Shown piece after piece: positions 1 to 9,112 of a stretch of DNA of 64,000 nt. Made by a program: the position numbers and the translations under genes. Source of the DNA: an uncultured bacterium (GTDB lineage Bacteria; Patescibacteriota; Patescibacteriia; UBA9570; XYC2-FULL-38-9). Numbering within the stretch: the stretch's first letter is position 1; each line of letters starts with the position of its first letter. The stretch spans positions 181,571-245,570 of the forward strand of contig CALKUP010000001.1 in NCBI GenBank assembly GCA_937996685.1, written 5' to 3'. The notes beneath the pieces are model-generated. The model saw nothing but the letters and a program-made list of their open reading frames with translations, was not told the DNA's origin and searched no databases.

Positions 1-568
1 GCCAGTGGGGGATGACCAAAAACAGCACGTTGAATTAACGCGTGATCTCGCGCAACGAATGAATAGTTATTACAATACGGAATTATTTGTTGTACCTGAG
101 CCAATGATTAAGCCGGATGGTGCGCGGATTATGGGTCTTGATGACGCGACGAAAAAAATGAGTAAGTCCGCTTCTTCAGAATGGAACTATATTTCGTTTG
201 CAGACACGCCAGATGTCATTCGCAAAAAAATCATGAAAGCAGTGACAGACTCTGATGAAACATTTGCGATACGCACTGGAGCCGATAAACCAGAGCTGAC
301 AAATTTATTGACGATTTATTCAGAACTGACTGGCCGCTCAATTGCTGATATTACTTCCCAGTTTGCAGGTCAAAAATACGGTGATTTTAAAAAACAGATG
401 GCGGAAGATGTTGTGGCATTTATGACTCCAATTCAAGAGAAAATGACCGCGCTCCTGCAAGATGAGGCAACGTTAGATGCGTTATTGCGTGATGGAGCTG
501 ACCGGGCGGCAGCGATCGCAAATGAAAAGCTGGAATTTGTCTATAAAACAGTTGGTATCGGTCGATAG
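1..568 (+). CDS. trpS: Tryptophanyl-tRNA synthetase, C-terminal part (5' truncated by window edge)
   Basis: GDDQKQHVELTRDLAQR, KKMSKS (KMSKS motif), KIMKAVTDS and YGDFKK are class Ic TrpRS motifs. Confidence 0.95.
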   Translation, partial: PVGDDQKQHVELTRDLAQRMNSYYNTELFVVPEPMIKPDGARIMGLDDATKKMSKSASSEWNYISFADTPDVIRKKIMKAVTDSDETFAIRTGADKPELTNLLTIYSELTGRSIADITSQFAGQKYGDFKKQMAEDVVAFMTPIQEKMTALLQDEATLDALLRDGADRAAAIANEKLEFVYKTVGIGR

Positions 569-604
569 ATTGATTTTTAGATACAAAAATGCTAGTGTTT
601 TAGC

Positions 605-1957
605 ATGATTTCCGCGCGCTCTCTCTTTTATTTTGATTCATATCAATTTGATGCTGCGACAAAAACAGCTTCTTTTGTGTATCGTTATGATGATGAGGTG
701 GTATTAACGGAAACGTTGCGGTTTGAAACGTCTGGTAATAATTGGAATACACCGGCTTTTGATCGGTTGTTATTTTCGCTGCACATCGCGCTCGGCATGA
801 GTTATTGGAAGGCATATTGCCCAAAAGAAATTGTTGTGAATTCTGGAACGCTGTCACCGACAGATGCTGCATTTTGGGAGGCAGTATACACCAAAGGATT
901 AGGTGAGTTTTTTTATCATAATCAGATTGATTTTCACGAACTGGTGCATTTTCCAAGTACAGAAACCGCATCGAATGTGGCGCCTCAGGCTGAGGTTGCT
1001 ATTTCTGCAGATGCGCTTGTTCCGCTTGGTGGAGGCAAGGATTCACTGACAACCGTCACGTTGCTTGAACGCGCTGGCATTGCGTTTGAAACAGTGAGTC
1101 TCGGGCAATACGATGTCATTGAGCAGCAAGTGACATTACTCGGCAGTGTGCATCATCGCGTTCATCGCGTGATTGATCCAGCGTTATTTGCGTTAAACAG
1201 TGCCGGAGCATACAACGGACATGTGCCGATTTCAGTGATTTATGCATTTTCAAGTCTTGCAATTGCGGTGTTGAATAACAAAACCGATGTTGTGCTAAGT
1301 AATGAAGCGAGTGCGAATGAGGGGAATGTGTCATATCTTGGAGTTGAAGTGAATCATCAATGGAGCAAGAGTGTTGAATTTGAAGACATGCTGTCAGCGT
1401 ACCTAGCAGAGCACGAGATCCCAGTGCGTTATTTTTCTCTATTGCGCCCACTGCATGAAATTCAGATTGTTGATGTATTTACACAATCTATCGAGCGTTT
1501 TCGTGGTGTCTTTACGAGCTGCAACCGCAATTTCACACAAACACAACGTACCAAAGAAGTCGGCGCTTTCGCGTATTGGTGTGGCGAGTGTCCAAAATGT
1601 TTGTTTGTCGGGACAATGCTTGCTGCGTCGATTTCTCGCGAGCAGTTGATTGAAATCATTGGAACAAATCCATTGAATAATGCAATAAACCGCGATTGGT
1701 TTTTGGAGCTTTTGGGTGTTTCATTATTTAAGCCATTTGAATGTGTCGGCACGCCAGATGAAATGATTGTTGCGTTAGAGCGTATTCGTACAGAGCCAGC
1801 GTACGCAAATGATCTATTGGTGGTCGAATATAATCAATTACGCGATCAATTGCCAGTAGAAGATGCTGTGAAAGCGTTGGCGCATATTGGTGATACGAGT
1901 CGTATCCCGGCTGCATTCCAAGATTGTATTGAACAAATGAACACGAGTATTCTATGA
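605..1957 (+). CDS. murL: UDP-MurNAc-L-Ala-L-Glu epimerase (MurL)
   Basis: SYWKAY, GLGEFFY, PP-loop-like VPLGGGKDS, NGHVPIS, SNEASA, VNHQWSKS, SCNRNF, WCGECPKC, KPFECVG; overlaps a murD-like gene by 4 nt. Confidence 0.88.
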   Translation: MISARSLFYFDSYQFDAATKTASFVYRYDDEVVLTETLRFETSGNNWNTPAFDRLLFSLHIALGMSYWKAYCPKEIVVNSGTLSPTDAAFWEAVYTKGLGEFFYHNQIDFHELVHFPSTETASNVAPQAEVAISADALVPLGGGKDSLTTVTLLERAGIAFETVSLGQYDVIEQQVTLLGSVHHRVHRVIDPALFALNSAGAYNGHVPISVIYAFSSLAIAVLNNKTDVVLSNEASANEGNVSYLGVEVNHQWSKSVEFEDMLSAYLAEHEIPVRYFSLLRPLHEIQIVDVFTQSIERFRGVFTSCNRNFTQTQRTKEVGAFAYWCGECPKCLFVGTMLAASISREQLIEIIGTNPLNNAINRDWFLELLGVSLFKPFECVGTPDEMIVALERIRTEPAYANDLLVVEYNQLRDQLPVEDAVKALAHIGDTSRIPAAFQDCIEQMNTSIL

Positions 1958-3330
1958 GTGAACAAATCTATTCCGAAAAACTTGATGCATTTTTTACACA
2001 GACTGATGTTGCTGTTGGCGCACAAAAGCGCGTGTTGATTCTTGGAGCAGGACGAGAAGGGCAGGGCGCGGCAATTTTTTTCCGTACGCAATATCCTGAC
2101 ATGGATGTGACAATTGCCGATGAGCAAAAAGTTCGTTTTGCGCTGCCGGGAGTGACTGCATTATTTGGAAAAAAATATCCGGAAACACTCGCAGACTGGG
2201 ACTTGGTTGTTGTGTCGCCAGGCATTCCACCGCAAACTCCACTGCTTGCAACAGCGCGCTTGATGACAAATGCAACAGCCTTGTTTTTACGAGAGTGTCT
2301 CGGGAGTGTTGTGATGGTGACAGGCTCAAAAGGAAAAAGTACTACTTCTGCGTTGATTTATGAAATGCTGATCGCCGGCGGCAAGCAAGCGCACTTTGTT
2401 GGGAATATTGGTATCTCTAGTTTGGAAGAGTTAACCGAGCGCAACACAGTTGAAGATATTTTTGTTGTGGAAACAAGCAGCTACCAAGCGCGGTTATTGG
2501 ATCGCGGTCCTGGCATTGCCGTGCTGACTGAGTTATTTCCCGAGCATATTGATTATCATGGTGGAGTCGAGCAGTATTATCGAGATAAATTGCGTGTCAC
2601 AACCATGCAGTCTGATCATCAATTAGTGATATATAATGCGCACAATGTTGAATTGCAATCACGTATCGCAGAATCTGTAGCTGAAAAAATGCCTGTCCCG
2701 GCAAGCGATACAATGATCGGGGCTCAGCTGATCGGAGAAAATATTCATTTTGACGGCGAGTTGATTACTGACCGCGCGGTGTGTAAGTTGCTCGGCAAGC
2801 ACAACACAGAAAATATTTTACTCGCAGTGACAGCTGCAAAACAGTTGCGTGTGGAGAACGAAGCGATTGCAGAAGCATTGTCGACATTCAAGCCATTGCC
2901 ACATCGATTAGAGCTGATTGGAACGTACAAAGGCGTGACATTTGTGAATGACTCATTGGCGACAACACCGGAAGCGACACTCGCTGCGTTACAATCGATT
3001 GAGAATGTGCAGACAATCTTTTTAGGAGGCTTGGATCGGGGATATGAATTTACAGAACTGATTGCTGAGTTGAAACGTCGAGAAATAAAAAATATTATTT
3101 TGTTTCCAGATTCTGGCAAGACCATTCGAGATCAATGGGGAGAGGTTGTCTATGGAACGCAGTTTTTTGAAACCGAATCAATGCGTGATGCGGTGGAATT
3201 TGCATATACAAACACGCCGTCTGATGGTGTTGCGTTATTGTCGTGCGCCGCGCCGAGTTATTCAATATTCAAAAATTACGAAGATCGGGGAGATCAGTTT
3301 CGAGCAGCAGTGGAAGAGCTTGGAGTATAG
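1954..3330 (+). CDS. murD: MurD-family ligase, probably L-Glu-adding MurD2
   Basis: ILGAGREG, VVSPGIP, VTGSKGKSTT, GNIG, ETSSYQ, PEHIDYHG, LPHRLE, NDSLATTP; coupled to murL. Confidence 0.9.
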   Translation: MSEQIYSEKLDAFFTQTDVAVGAQKRVLILGAGREGQGAAIFFRTQYPDMDVTIADEQKVRFALPGVTALFGKKYPETLADWDLVVVSPGIPPQTPLLATARLMTNATALFLRECLGSVVMVTGSKGKSTTSALIYEMLIAGGKQAHFVGNIGISSLEELTERNTVEDIFVVETSSYQARLLDRGPGIAVLTELFPEHIDYHGGVEQYYRDKLRVTTMQSDHQLVIYNAHNVELQSRIAESVAEKMPVPASDTMIGAQLIGENIHFDGELITDRAVCKLLGKHNTENILLAVTAAKQLRVENEAIAEALSTFKPLPHRLELIGTYKGVTFVNDSLATTPEATLAALQSIENVQTIFLGGLDRGYEFTELIAELKRREIKNIILFPDSGKTIRDQWGEVVYGTQFFETESMRDAVEFAYTNTPSDGVALLSCAAPSYSIFKNYEDRGDQFRAAVEELGV

Positions 3331-3338
3331 TCGCGCGA

Positions 3339-4874
3339 TTATTGGAACAACGATTGACCAGTCATTTCGGCTGGTTTTTCGATTTGGAGAATTTCAAGAA
3401 TGGTTGGCGTAACATCTTGTAAGCTGCCTCCGGCTTTGAGTGTGCGATTTTTGAGTCCATCATTCACAATAACAAACGGGATTTTGTTTGCGGTGTGTTG
3501 GGTGTGTGGAGTTGCATCACCATGCTTCATTGCTTCTGCGTTGCCATGATCCGCTGTGATGATGAGTGTTCCGCCAGCTGCCAGCACCGCGTCACTGATG
3601 GTTTTGATTGCAGCGTCAACGGTTTCAATGCCGCGAATTGTTGCGTCATAGTTTCCAGTGTGACCAACCATGTCAGCGTTGCAAATATTGGTGATAATGA
3701 TGTCGTATGCATTTGCGCTGACTTGCTCCGCGATGTCGCTCGCAATTTCACGAGCCTTCATCTCTGGCGCGAGATCAAAGGTTGCAACAGCGTCTGAAGG
3801 AATGAGTTCGCGGGTTTCTCCGTTGACCGCATCTTCACGCATCCCGTTAAAAATTTTGGTGACATACGCCCATTTTTCTGTTTCAGTAATGCGATATTGG
3901 GTGAGCTCGGCGCGTGAAAGTACATCAGGCAAAATGTTTTCTAAAGCGGTTTCTGTGCGGTCAAAGGCTGCTGGGGCGGGCATGGTTTCGTAATAGGGAA
4001 AGGTTGCGACATATTGGATAGTAGGTGCATCTCCACGATCAAAACCACCAAAGTCCGGTTCGATTAAAGCTTGAGTAATTTCAATTTCACGATCAACACG
4101 GTAATTAAAATTGATTACAGCGTCACCGGCACGGATCACTCCATCTGCATCAATAATTGTTGGTTCAATAAACTCATCTGTTTCATTAAGGGCTCGAGCT
4201 TGGGCAATCGCATCTTCAATTGAATCAGCGCTGCGGCCACGGCCATGCACAAGCAGGTTGTAGGCGCGCTCCACTCGGTCCCAATTGTGGTCACGGTCCA
4301 TTGCCCAGTAGCGTCCTTGCAGTGTCGCAATGCGTCCAACGCCGGCTTCGCTCATGACTTCTTGTAAGCGTGCAATATGTTCTGGAAGGGAAGTGCTTGG
4401 GGTGTCGCGCCCATCTGCAAAGACATGCACCATCACTTGGTTTTTTGAAAGCCCTGCCGCGGCCGCCGCTCGAATAAGCGCATGACACAACGCGTCATAT
4501 GAATGCACTCCTGCATTCGAAAGCAAGCCCATCAGATGCAGTGTCGCGCCTGTTTGTTTTGCGTGCGCGATCGCATCGGCAAAGGCTGGCAGTTCGAAAG
4601 CAGCCCCACTTTCAATCGCAGCGGTCACACGCATTTGCGGCAACAGAACATTTCTCCCAGCGCTTATAATCAAATGTCCCATTTCCGTTGACCCTTGATG
4701 ACCAGATGTGAGCCCAATTGCAGTTCCAGACGCTTCAATCGGTGTCCATGGATAATCCGCCATCAGCCGATCAATGGTCGGTGTCGACGCATTGGCAATA
4801 GCATTATGTGGAGAATCTGGAGCAAGTCCCCAGCCATCAAGAATTGCGAGAACAAGTGGAGTAGAGCGCTTCAT
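3339..4874 (-). CDS. gpmI: 2,3-bisphosphoglycerate-independent phosphoglycerate mutase
   Basis: ILDGWG, DGRDT, GRYWAMDRD, ETEKWAYVT, NADMVGHTG, ITADHGNAE, HTAN. Confidence 0.95.
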   Translation of the reverse strand: MKRSTPLVLAILDGWGLAPDSPHNAIANASTPTIDRLMADYPWTPIEASGTAIGLTSGHQGSTEMGHLIISAGRNVLLPQMRVTAAIESGAAFELPAFADAIAHAKQTGATLHLMGLLSNAGVHSYDALCHALIRAAAAAGLSKNQVMVHVFADGRDTPSTSLPEHIARLQEVMSEAGVGRIATLQGRYWAMDRDHNWDRVERAYNLLVHGRGRSADSIEDAIAQARALNETDEFIEPTIIDADGVIRAGDAVINFNYRVDREIEITQALIEPDFGGFDRGDAPTIQYVATFPYYETMPAPAAFDRTETALENILPDVLSRAELTQYRITETEKWAYVTKIFNGMREDAVNGETRELIPSDAVATFDLAPEMKAREIASDIAEQVSANAYDIIITNICNADMVGHTGNYDATIRGIETVDAAIKTISDAVLAAGGTLIITADHGNAEAMKHGDATPHTQHTANKIPFVIVNDGLKNRTLKAGGSLQDVTPTILEILQIEKPAEMTGQSLFQ

Positions 4875-4892
4875 GAAAATGAGTGAAGGAAA

Positions 4893-6275
4893 TTATTGTC
4901 GAATCAATGCGAGCACTTCGTCAGTTTTTTCTTTGCATACTGCAGCGGAGGTGGCTTCGAGATTCAAGCGCAATTTTGGTTCTGTGTTACTGCCGCGAAC
5001 ATTAAACCAAAAGTCGGGGTAGGTGATGGTAATACCATCCATTTCATCAACGCTGTCCGCAGCCGCTCCATAGACTTCTTTCACGCGAGCCATCGCAGCG
5101 TCTTTGTCTTCAACGATTGAATTGATTTCGCCAGAGTGGATATATTTGCGATATGGCGCAACTTGAGCGTCAATCGTTCCTTCGCCGTTGCTGAATCGCT
5201 CGAGCAGTTTTAACAAGACAATCACTGGAGTTTCAAATGTTCCAAGCTCGGTACGAACAAATAAATGTCCAGAGCTTTCGCCAGCAAAGACGGCGTCTTC
5301 CGCAATCGCTGTGGCTTTAATAAATGAGTGTCCAACGCGTGTGACAACCGGGCGACCACCAGCTGCGACGATCATGTCACGAGTGATTTTACCTGGACGA
5401 ATGTCATAGCAAATTGTTGCACCTGGATGCTCGGCGAGCATAATTTCTGCCATCAGTCCGCGAACAATCGCTGGAGCGATCATTGTGCCAGTGTTGTCGA
5501 AAAAGAAAATGCGATCACCATCGCCATCAGTAGCAACGCCAAAGTCTGCGCCGTGTTCACGAATCGCGGCTTCTAATTGTGCGTTGTTCGCTTCATGGAA
5601 TGGGTCCGCTTCGTGAGACGGAAAGCTACCATCGAGTTCTGTGTTGAGTTCAATCACTTCGCACGGAAGTTTTGCAAAGGTGGCTTTGAGGTAGGTTGCG
5701 CCCATGGCATTAGCTGCGTCGATGACCACTTTCAATGGTTTTACGCGTTGTGTTACTGCGTCGTGTCCGCCACAAAAATCAAATGCAAAATCAACATCAC
5801 GTTCTACGATATCTGTTTTTTCAGTGACTGTGCCAAAAGCATCTTCTGCGACAGGGGGGAACTCTGTTTCAAGCGCCATATCACGAATTTCAAATAATCC
5901 AGAATCAGATCCAACTGGCATTGCGCCACGACGGACAATTTTAATGCCGTTGTCTTTTCCTGGGTTGTGAGATGCAGTGACCATGACTCCAGCATCAACG
6001 CCTTCACTGGCAACGCCGAAATAAAAGGCTGGTGTGCTGACTAAACCGAAGTCAACGACGTTTGCGCCTTCGGAACATAAGCCTTCAAGGACACGAGCGT
6101 GAAGGGTAGGGGAGGAGAGGCGCATGTCACGGCCAAGAGCGATCGTGATGGTTTCGAGGTTGGCGTCTTTTTTCAAAAATCGGACAGTTGCACGAGCAGT
6201 GCGATACGCAAGGTCATCAGTGAGTTCAGTTCCGTATTCGCCACGAATATCGTAGGCTTTAAAAATTTCCTTCAT
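4893..6275 (-). CDS. Phosphomannomutase/phosphoglucomutase
   Basis: FKAYDIRG, TASHNP phosphoserine loop, DGDGDR metal loop, GESSGH, RGSNTEPKLRLNLE. Confidence 0.93.
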   Translation of the reverse strand: MKEIFKAYDIRGEYGTELTDDLAYRTARATVRFLKKDANLETITIALGRDMRLSSPTLHARVLEGLCSEGANVVDFGLVSTPAFYFGVASEGVDAGVMVTASHNPGKDNGIKIVRRGAMPVGSDSGLFEIRDMALETEFPPVAEDAFGTVTEKTDIVERDVDFAFDFCGGHDAVTQRVKPLKVVIDAANAMGATYLKATFAKLPCEVIELNTELDGSFPSHEADPFHEANNAQLEAAIREHGADFGVATDGDGDRIFFFDNTGTMIAPAIVRGLMAEIMLAEHPGATICYDIRPGKITRDMIVAAGGRPVVTRVGHSFIKATAIAEDAVFAGESSGHLFVRTELGTFETPVIVLLKLLERFSNGEGTIDAQVAPYRKYIHSGEINSIVEDKDAAMARVKEVYGAAADSVDEMDGITITYPDFWFNVRGSNTEPKLRLNLEATSAAVCKEKTDEVLALIRQ

Positions 6276-6385
6276 AGTATTTTCAAAGATAGAAGATTAG
6301 TAGATACACAAAAAGTGTAGCATTTTTTAACAAAAAGACACAGCAGAGGGATTGGTGTCGCTGTTTCGGCCCCACGATAAGAATA

Positions 6386-6414
6386 TTGACAAAAAGCTAT
6401 TTTTATGATATAAT
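6386..6414 (+). promoter_or_regulatory. Consensus sigma70 promoter
   Basis: TTGACA (6386-6391), 17-nt spacer, TATAAT (6409-6414), with TG of an extended -10. Confidence 0.85.
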
Positions 6415-6420
6415 ATTTCT

Positions 6421-6680
6421 CGCTTGGAGTCGCAGATCTGATCGCTTAAGCCGCTCGCTCTCACAAGGCATAGCGGTCGTGAGCACAGAAAACGATATTC
6501 AAGTAACCACCGGGTTAATTCACTGTTCCTGGGTAGTCGTGTTTCGAGGGAAGGCATGACTATAACAATGCTTCGGCATCGTCAGTGAAATTTCAGGAGG
6601 AATCATGAGTTGATGATATTGCGGGGGAAAATCCGCCAAAACGCCTCGGTTATACGCAAGTGTAATCGGGGCACTTTTTT
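6421..6680 (+). ncRNA. Putative orphan structured ncRNA (~260 nt)
   Basis: Lies between a perfect promoter and a terminator; no credible + ORF; several helices and two possible pseudoknots. Confidence 0.6.
6643..6680 (+). terminator. Intrinsic terminator
   Basis: GCCTCGGTTATAC-GCAA-GTGTAATCGGGGC followed by ACTTTTTT. Confidence 0.8.
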
Positions 6681-6731
6681 ATTATAAACAAAAAAGCAGC
6701 GAGTTCACATGTACGAGACTCTTTGTGGTAA

Positions 6732-7463
6732 CTAGTCTGTTTTTCGAATAATCGTCACCAAATTCTGCCCTTTGCGGCGAGGGACGTGTAAACCATGGAG
6801 TTCATAATACTGCTGCACAAGCGTCAATTCCGGAGTCTTTTTCACTAATTGTTTGAGTTCTCGTTTGGTGAATGCATGGTAATATCGCTCTGCCAGCACC
6901 TCACGTTGCGCATTTTTCCATGGAACTAAGACATCTCGCCAGCCATATTGCCGCTTTCCATTAAAACGCGCTTTGACCGAATTCCAGCGCAGTCGCCAAA
7001 ACCGGGGTTGTAATAAGTTCCAATTGAGTAGCATGATTGTTCCGCCAGCTTTCACCACTCGCGCCATGTCAGACAGTGCTCGCAGACGCGTTGCTTCGTC
7101 CGGTAAATGATGAAAACTCGCGACGGCAATGATGTGATCAAATGCGCCGTCTTCAAAGGGGAGCGACTGCATGTCCGCAACATGAAATTCCTTCCCTGGA
7201 AACTCTTTTCGACTGCGTTCAATCATTTGCTCGCTCAAATCCACACCAATGTAATTCACCTTGCAATCATCGCAAATTTCGGCTACTCTTCCACCTCCGC
7301 AGCCGATATCCAGGAGTGTCTCACCCGGCCGGACAGTGTGCTCAATCAAAAACCGAACTTCTTCCCATTGCCGAGAGCGGGTATCAGCAAAATGATCCGC
7401 GATCGCGTTATAGGCGTCTCGAACTTCTGCGACAACTGATTGTGCAAACGCATCTTTTGACAT
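6732..7463 (-). CDS. Class I SAM methyltransferase, Trm9/ALKBH8-like tRNA cm5U34 carboxyl methyltransferase
   Basis: YNAIADHFADTR..W, LDIGCGGG, AVASFHH, DVLVPW and RYYHAF...EL match the Trm9 motif order as recalled. Confidence 0.75.
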   Translation of the reverse strand: MSKDAFAQSVVAEVRDAYNAIADHFADTRSRQWEEVRFLIEHTVRPGETLLDIGCGGGRVAEICDDCKVNYIGVDLSEQMIERSRKEFPGKEFHVADMQSLPFEDGAFDHIIAVASFHHLPDEATRLRALSDMARVVKAGGTIMLLNWNLLQPRFWRLRWNSVKARFNGKRQYGWRDVLVPWKNAQREVLAERYYHAFTKRELKQLVKKTPELTLVQQYYELHGLHVPRRKGQNLVTIIRKTD

Positions 7464-7477
7464 AGTCTTACACTACA

Positions 7478-9064
7478 ATGCAAAACCCAATTCATCAAAT
7501 CGTTCTGCGCGCCATTGACCAAAAAGTCACTGTTGATGCGCAATTAAAAAAAATTAAAGGTGCTGTTGCCAAGGAGTTTGGTATTACTGTTGTTCGCAAT
7601 TCTGAATTGATTCGCGCCTACAAAGAGTTGATTGATTCTGGCGAGGCGCAATTTGATCAAACCATGTGGACGCTGTTTTCAAAGCGCAAAATTCGAAACC
7701 TCAGTGGTGTTGCGGTGATTACCGTTTTGACGAAGCCGTATTTTTGCCCTGGTCGCTGTGTCTATTGCCCAACAGAAGCGCGCATGCCGAAATCGTATTT
7801 GGCGAATGAACCGGGAGCTGCTCGAGCCCTGCGACATGAATTTGATCCATATGATCAAGTGTCAGCGCGTTTGAAATCCCTCGCGGTCAACGGCCATTCA
7901 ACCGATAAATGTGAATTAATCGTTCTTGGTGGAACGTGGACAGTCTACCCAAAGGATTATCAGGAGTGGTTTATTAAACGCTGTTTTGATGCTTTTAACG
8001 AAGATCCAAAAGAGGAAGCTCAAGTTCCGACAAAAGATTTGGATGCCGCGAAAACAAAAAATGAAACAGCACCACATCGGGTGATTGGCTTAACGCTTGA
8101 AACTCGCCCAGATCATGTCACGAAAGATGAAGTGAAGCGTTTACGCTGGCTCGGTTGCACACGCGTGCAAATTGGCGTGCAAACAACTGATCAAACAGTG
8201 CTGGATCTCACAAAACGTGATCAAACAAATGAACAGGTGATTCGGGCAACGCGGCTGTTGAAAGAAGCGGGCCTGAAAATTTCGCATCATTATATGCAGG
8301 CGCTTCCAGGTGCGACAGTGGAATCTGACATTCAAACAATCAAAGATGCGTTTTTGACGCCCGATTATCAACCAGACCATGTGAAAATTTATCCGACCGT
8401 GGTGGTGAAGACTGCGCTGCTCTATCAATGGTGGAAAGAAGGGAAGTACACGCCGTATACCGAGGAAGAGTTGGTCTATTTATTATTAGAAATCAATAAA
8501 CTGTTTCCAGAATGGGTGCGGGTTGAACGCCTGATTCGGGATATTCCGTCTGAATCGATTTTTGCGGGCAACAAAAAAACGAACCTCAGGCAAATTATTG
8601 AAAAGGATGGGCCGATTAGTCGCGATATTCGCGCGCGTGAGCCACATAATGCTGAGCCAGTAACACTCGACGATTTGGATTTGGTGGTGCGTGAATATGA
8701 AGCCTCTGGCGGAACAGAGTATTTTATTTCGTATGAATCGAAAGATCGGAAAACGCTCTACGCGTTCACTCGGTTGCGTTTGCAACAGATCGAAAAACAT
8801 TGGTATGAAGCGTTGCAAGACACGGCGCTGATTCGCGAAGTGCATACCTACGGAAAACTGCAGCCGATTACAAAAGAAGGGGCGCAAGGGGAAGCTGTGC
8901 AACATATTGGCATGGGAACGCGCCTCATTGAAGAAGCAGAGCGCATCGCCCGCGAGCATGGCTACAAGCGTGTCGCGATTATTGCCGGCATTGGCGTGCG
9001 TGAATATTTCAAACAGAAGCTTGGATATCGATTGGAAGACGAGTACATGGTGAAGGATGTGTAA
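7478..9064 (+). CDS. elp3: Elp3-family radical SAM/KAT tRNA U34 carboxymethyltransferase
   Basis: RNLSGVAVITVLTKP, CPGRCVYCP, PKSY, GGTW, ETRPD, KIYPT, RLIRDIP, IREVHTYG, QHIGMG, IAGIGVREYF. Confidence 0.93.
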   Translation: MQNPIHQIVLRAIDQKVTVDAQLKKIKGAVAKEFGITVVRNSELIRAYKELIDSGEAQFDQTMWTLFSKRKIRNLSGVAVITVLTKPYFCPGRCVYCPTEARMPKSYLANEPGAARALRHEFDPYDQVSARLKSLAVNGHSTDKCELIVLGGTWTVYPKDYQEWFIKRCFDAFNEDPKEEAQVPTKDLDAAKTKNETAPHRVIGLTLETRPDHVTKDEVKRLRWLGCTRVQIGVQTTDQTVLDLTKRDQTNEQVIRATRLLKEAGLKISHHYMQALPGATVESDIQTIKDAFLTPDYQPDHVKIYPTVVVKTALLYQWWKEGKYTPYTEEELVYLLLEINKLFPEWVRVERLIRDIPSESIFAGNKKTNLRQIIEKDGPISRDIRAREPHNAEPVTLDDLDLVVREYEASGGTEYFISYESKDRKTLYAFTRLRLQQIEKHWYEALQDTALIREVHTYGKLQPITKEGAQGEAVQHIGMGTRLIEEAERIAREHGYKRVAIIAGIGVREYFKQKLGYRLEDEYMVKDV

Positions 9065-9073
9065 TCCTGAGGT

Positions 9074-9102
9074 TTGATTTTTTTCAAAAACCGTGCTATA
9101 CT
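9074..9102 (+). promoter_or_regulatory. Promoter of the pyrimidine operon with a very short leader
   Basis: TTGATT-17-TATACT (extended TG); the -10 box ends 10 nt before the carA ATG at 9113; no SD. Confidence 0.6.
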
Positions 9103-9112
9103 GTTTTACGAA

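Noticed and set aside
6421-6680. RNase P RNA, tmRNA or SRP RNA identity
   Set aside because: No GAGGAAAGTCC, no tRNA-like T-arm or CCA end, no plausible tag ending in Ala-Ala, and no SRP domain IV motif
9065-9112. PyrR-binding attenuator for the pyr operon
   Set aside because: The leader is only a few nucleotides long, with no room for a hairpin or the PyrR loop motif
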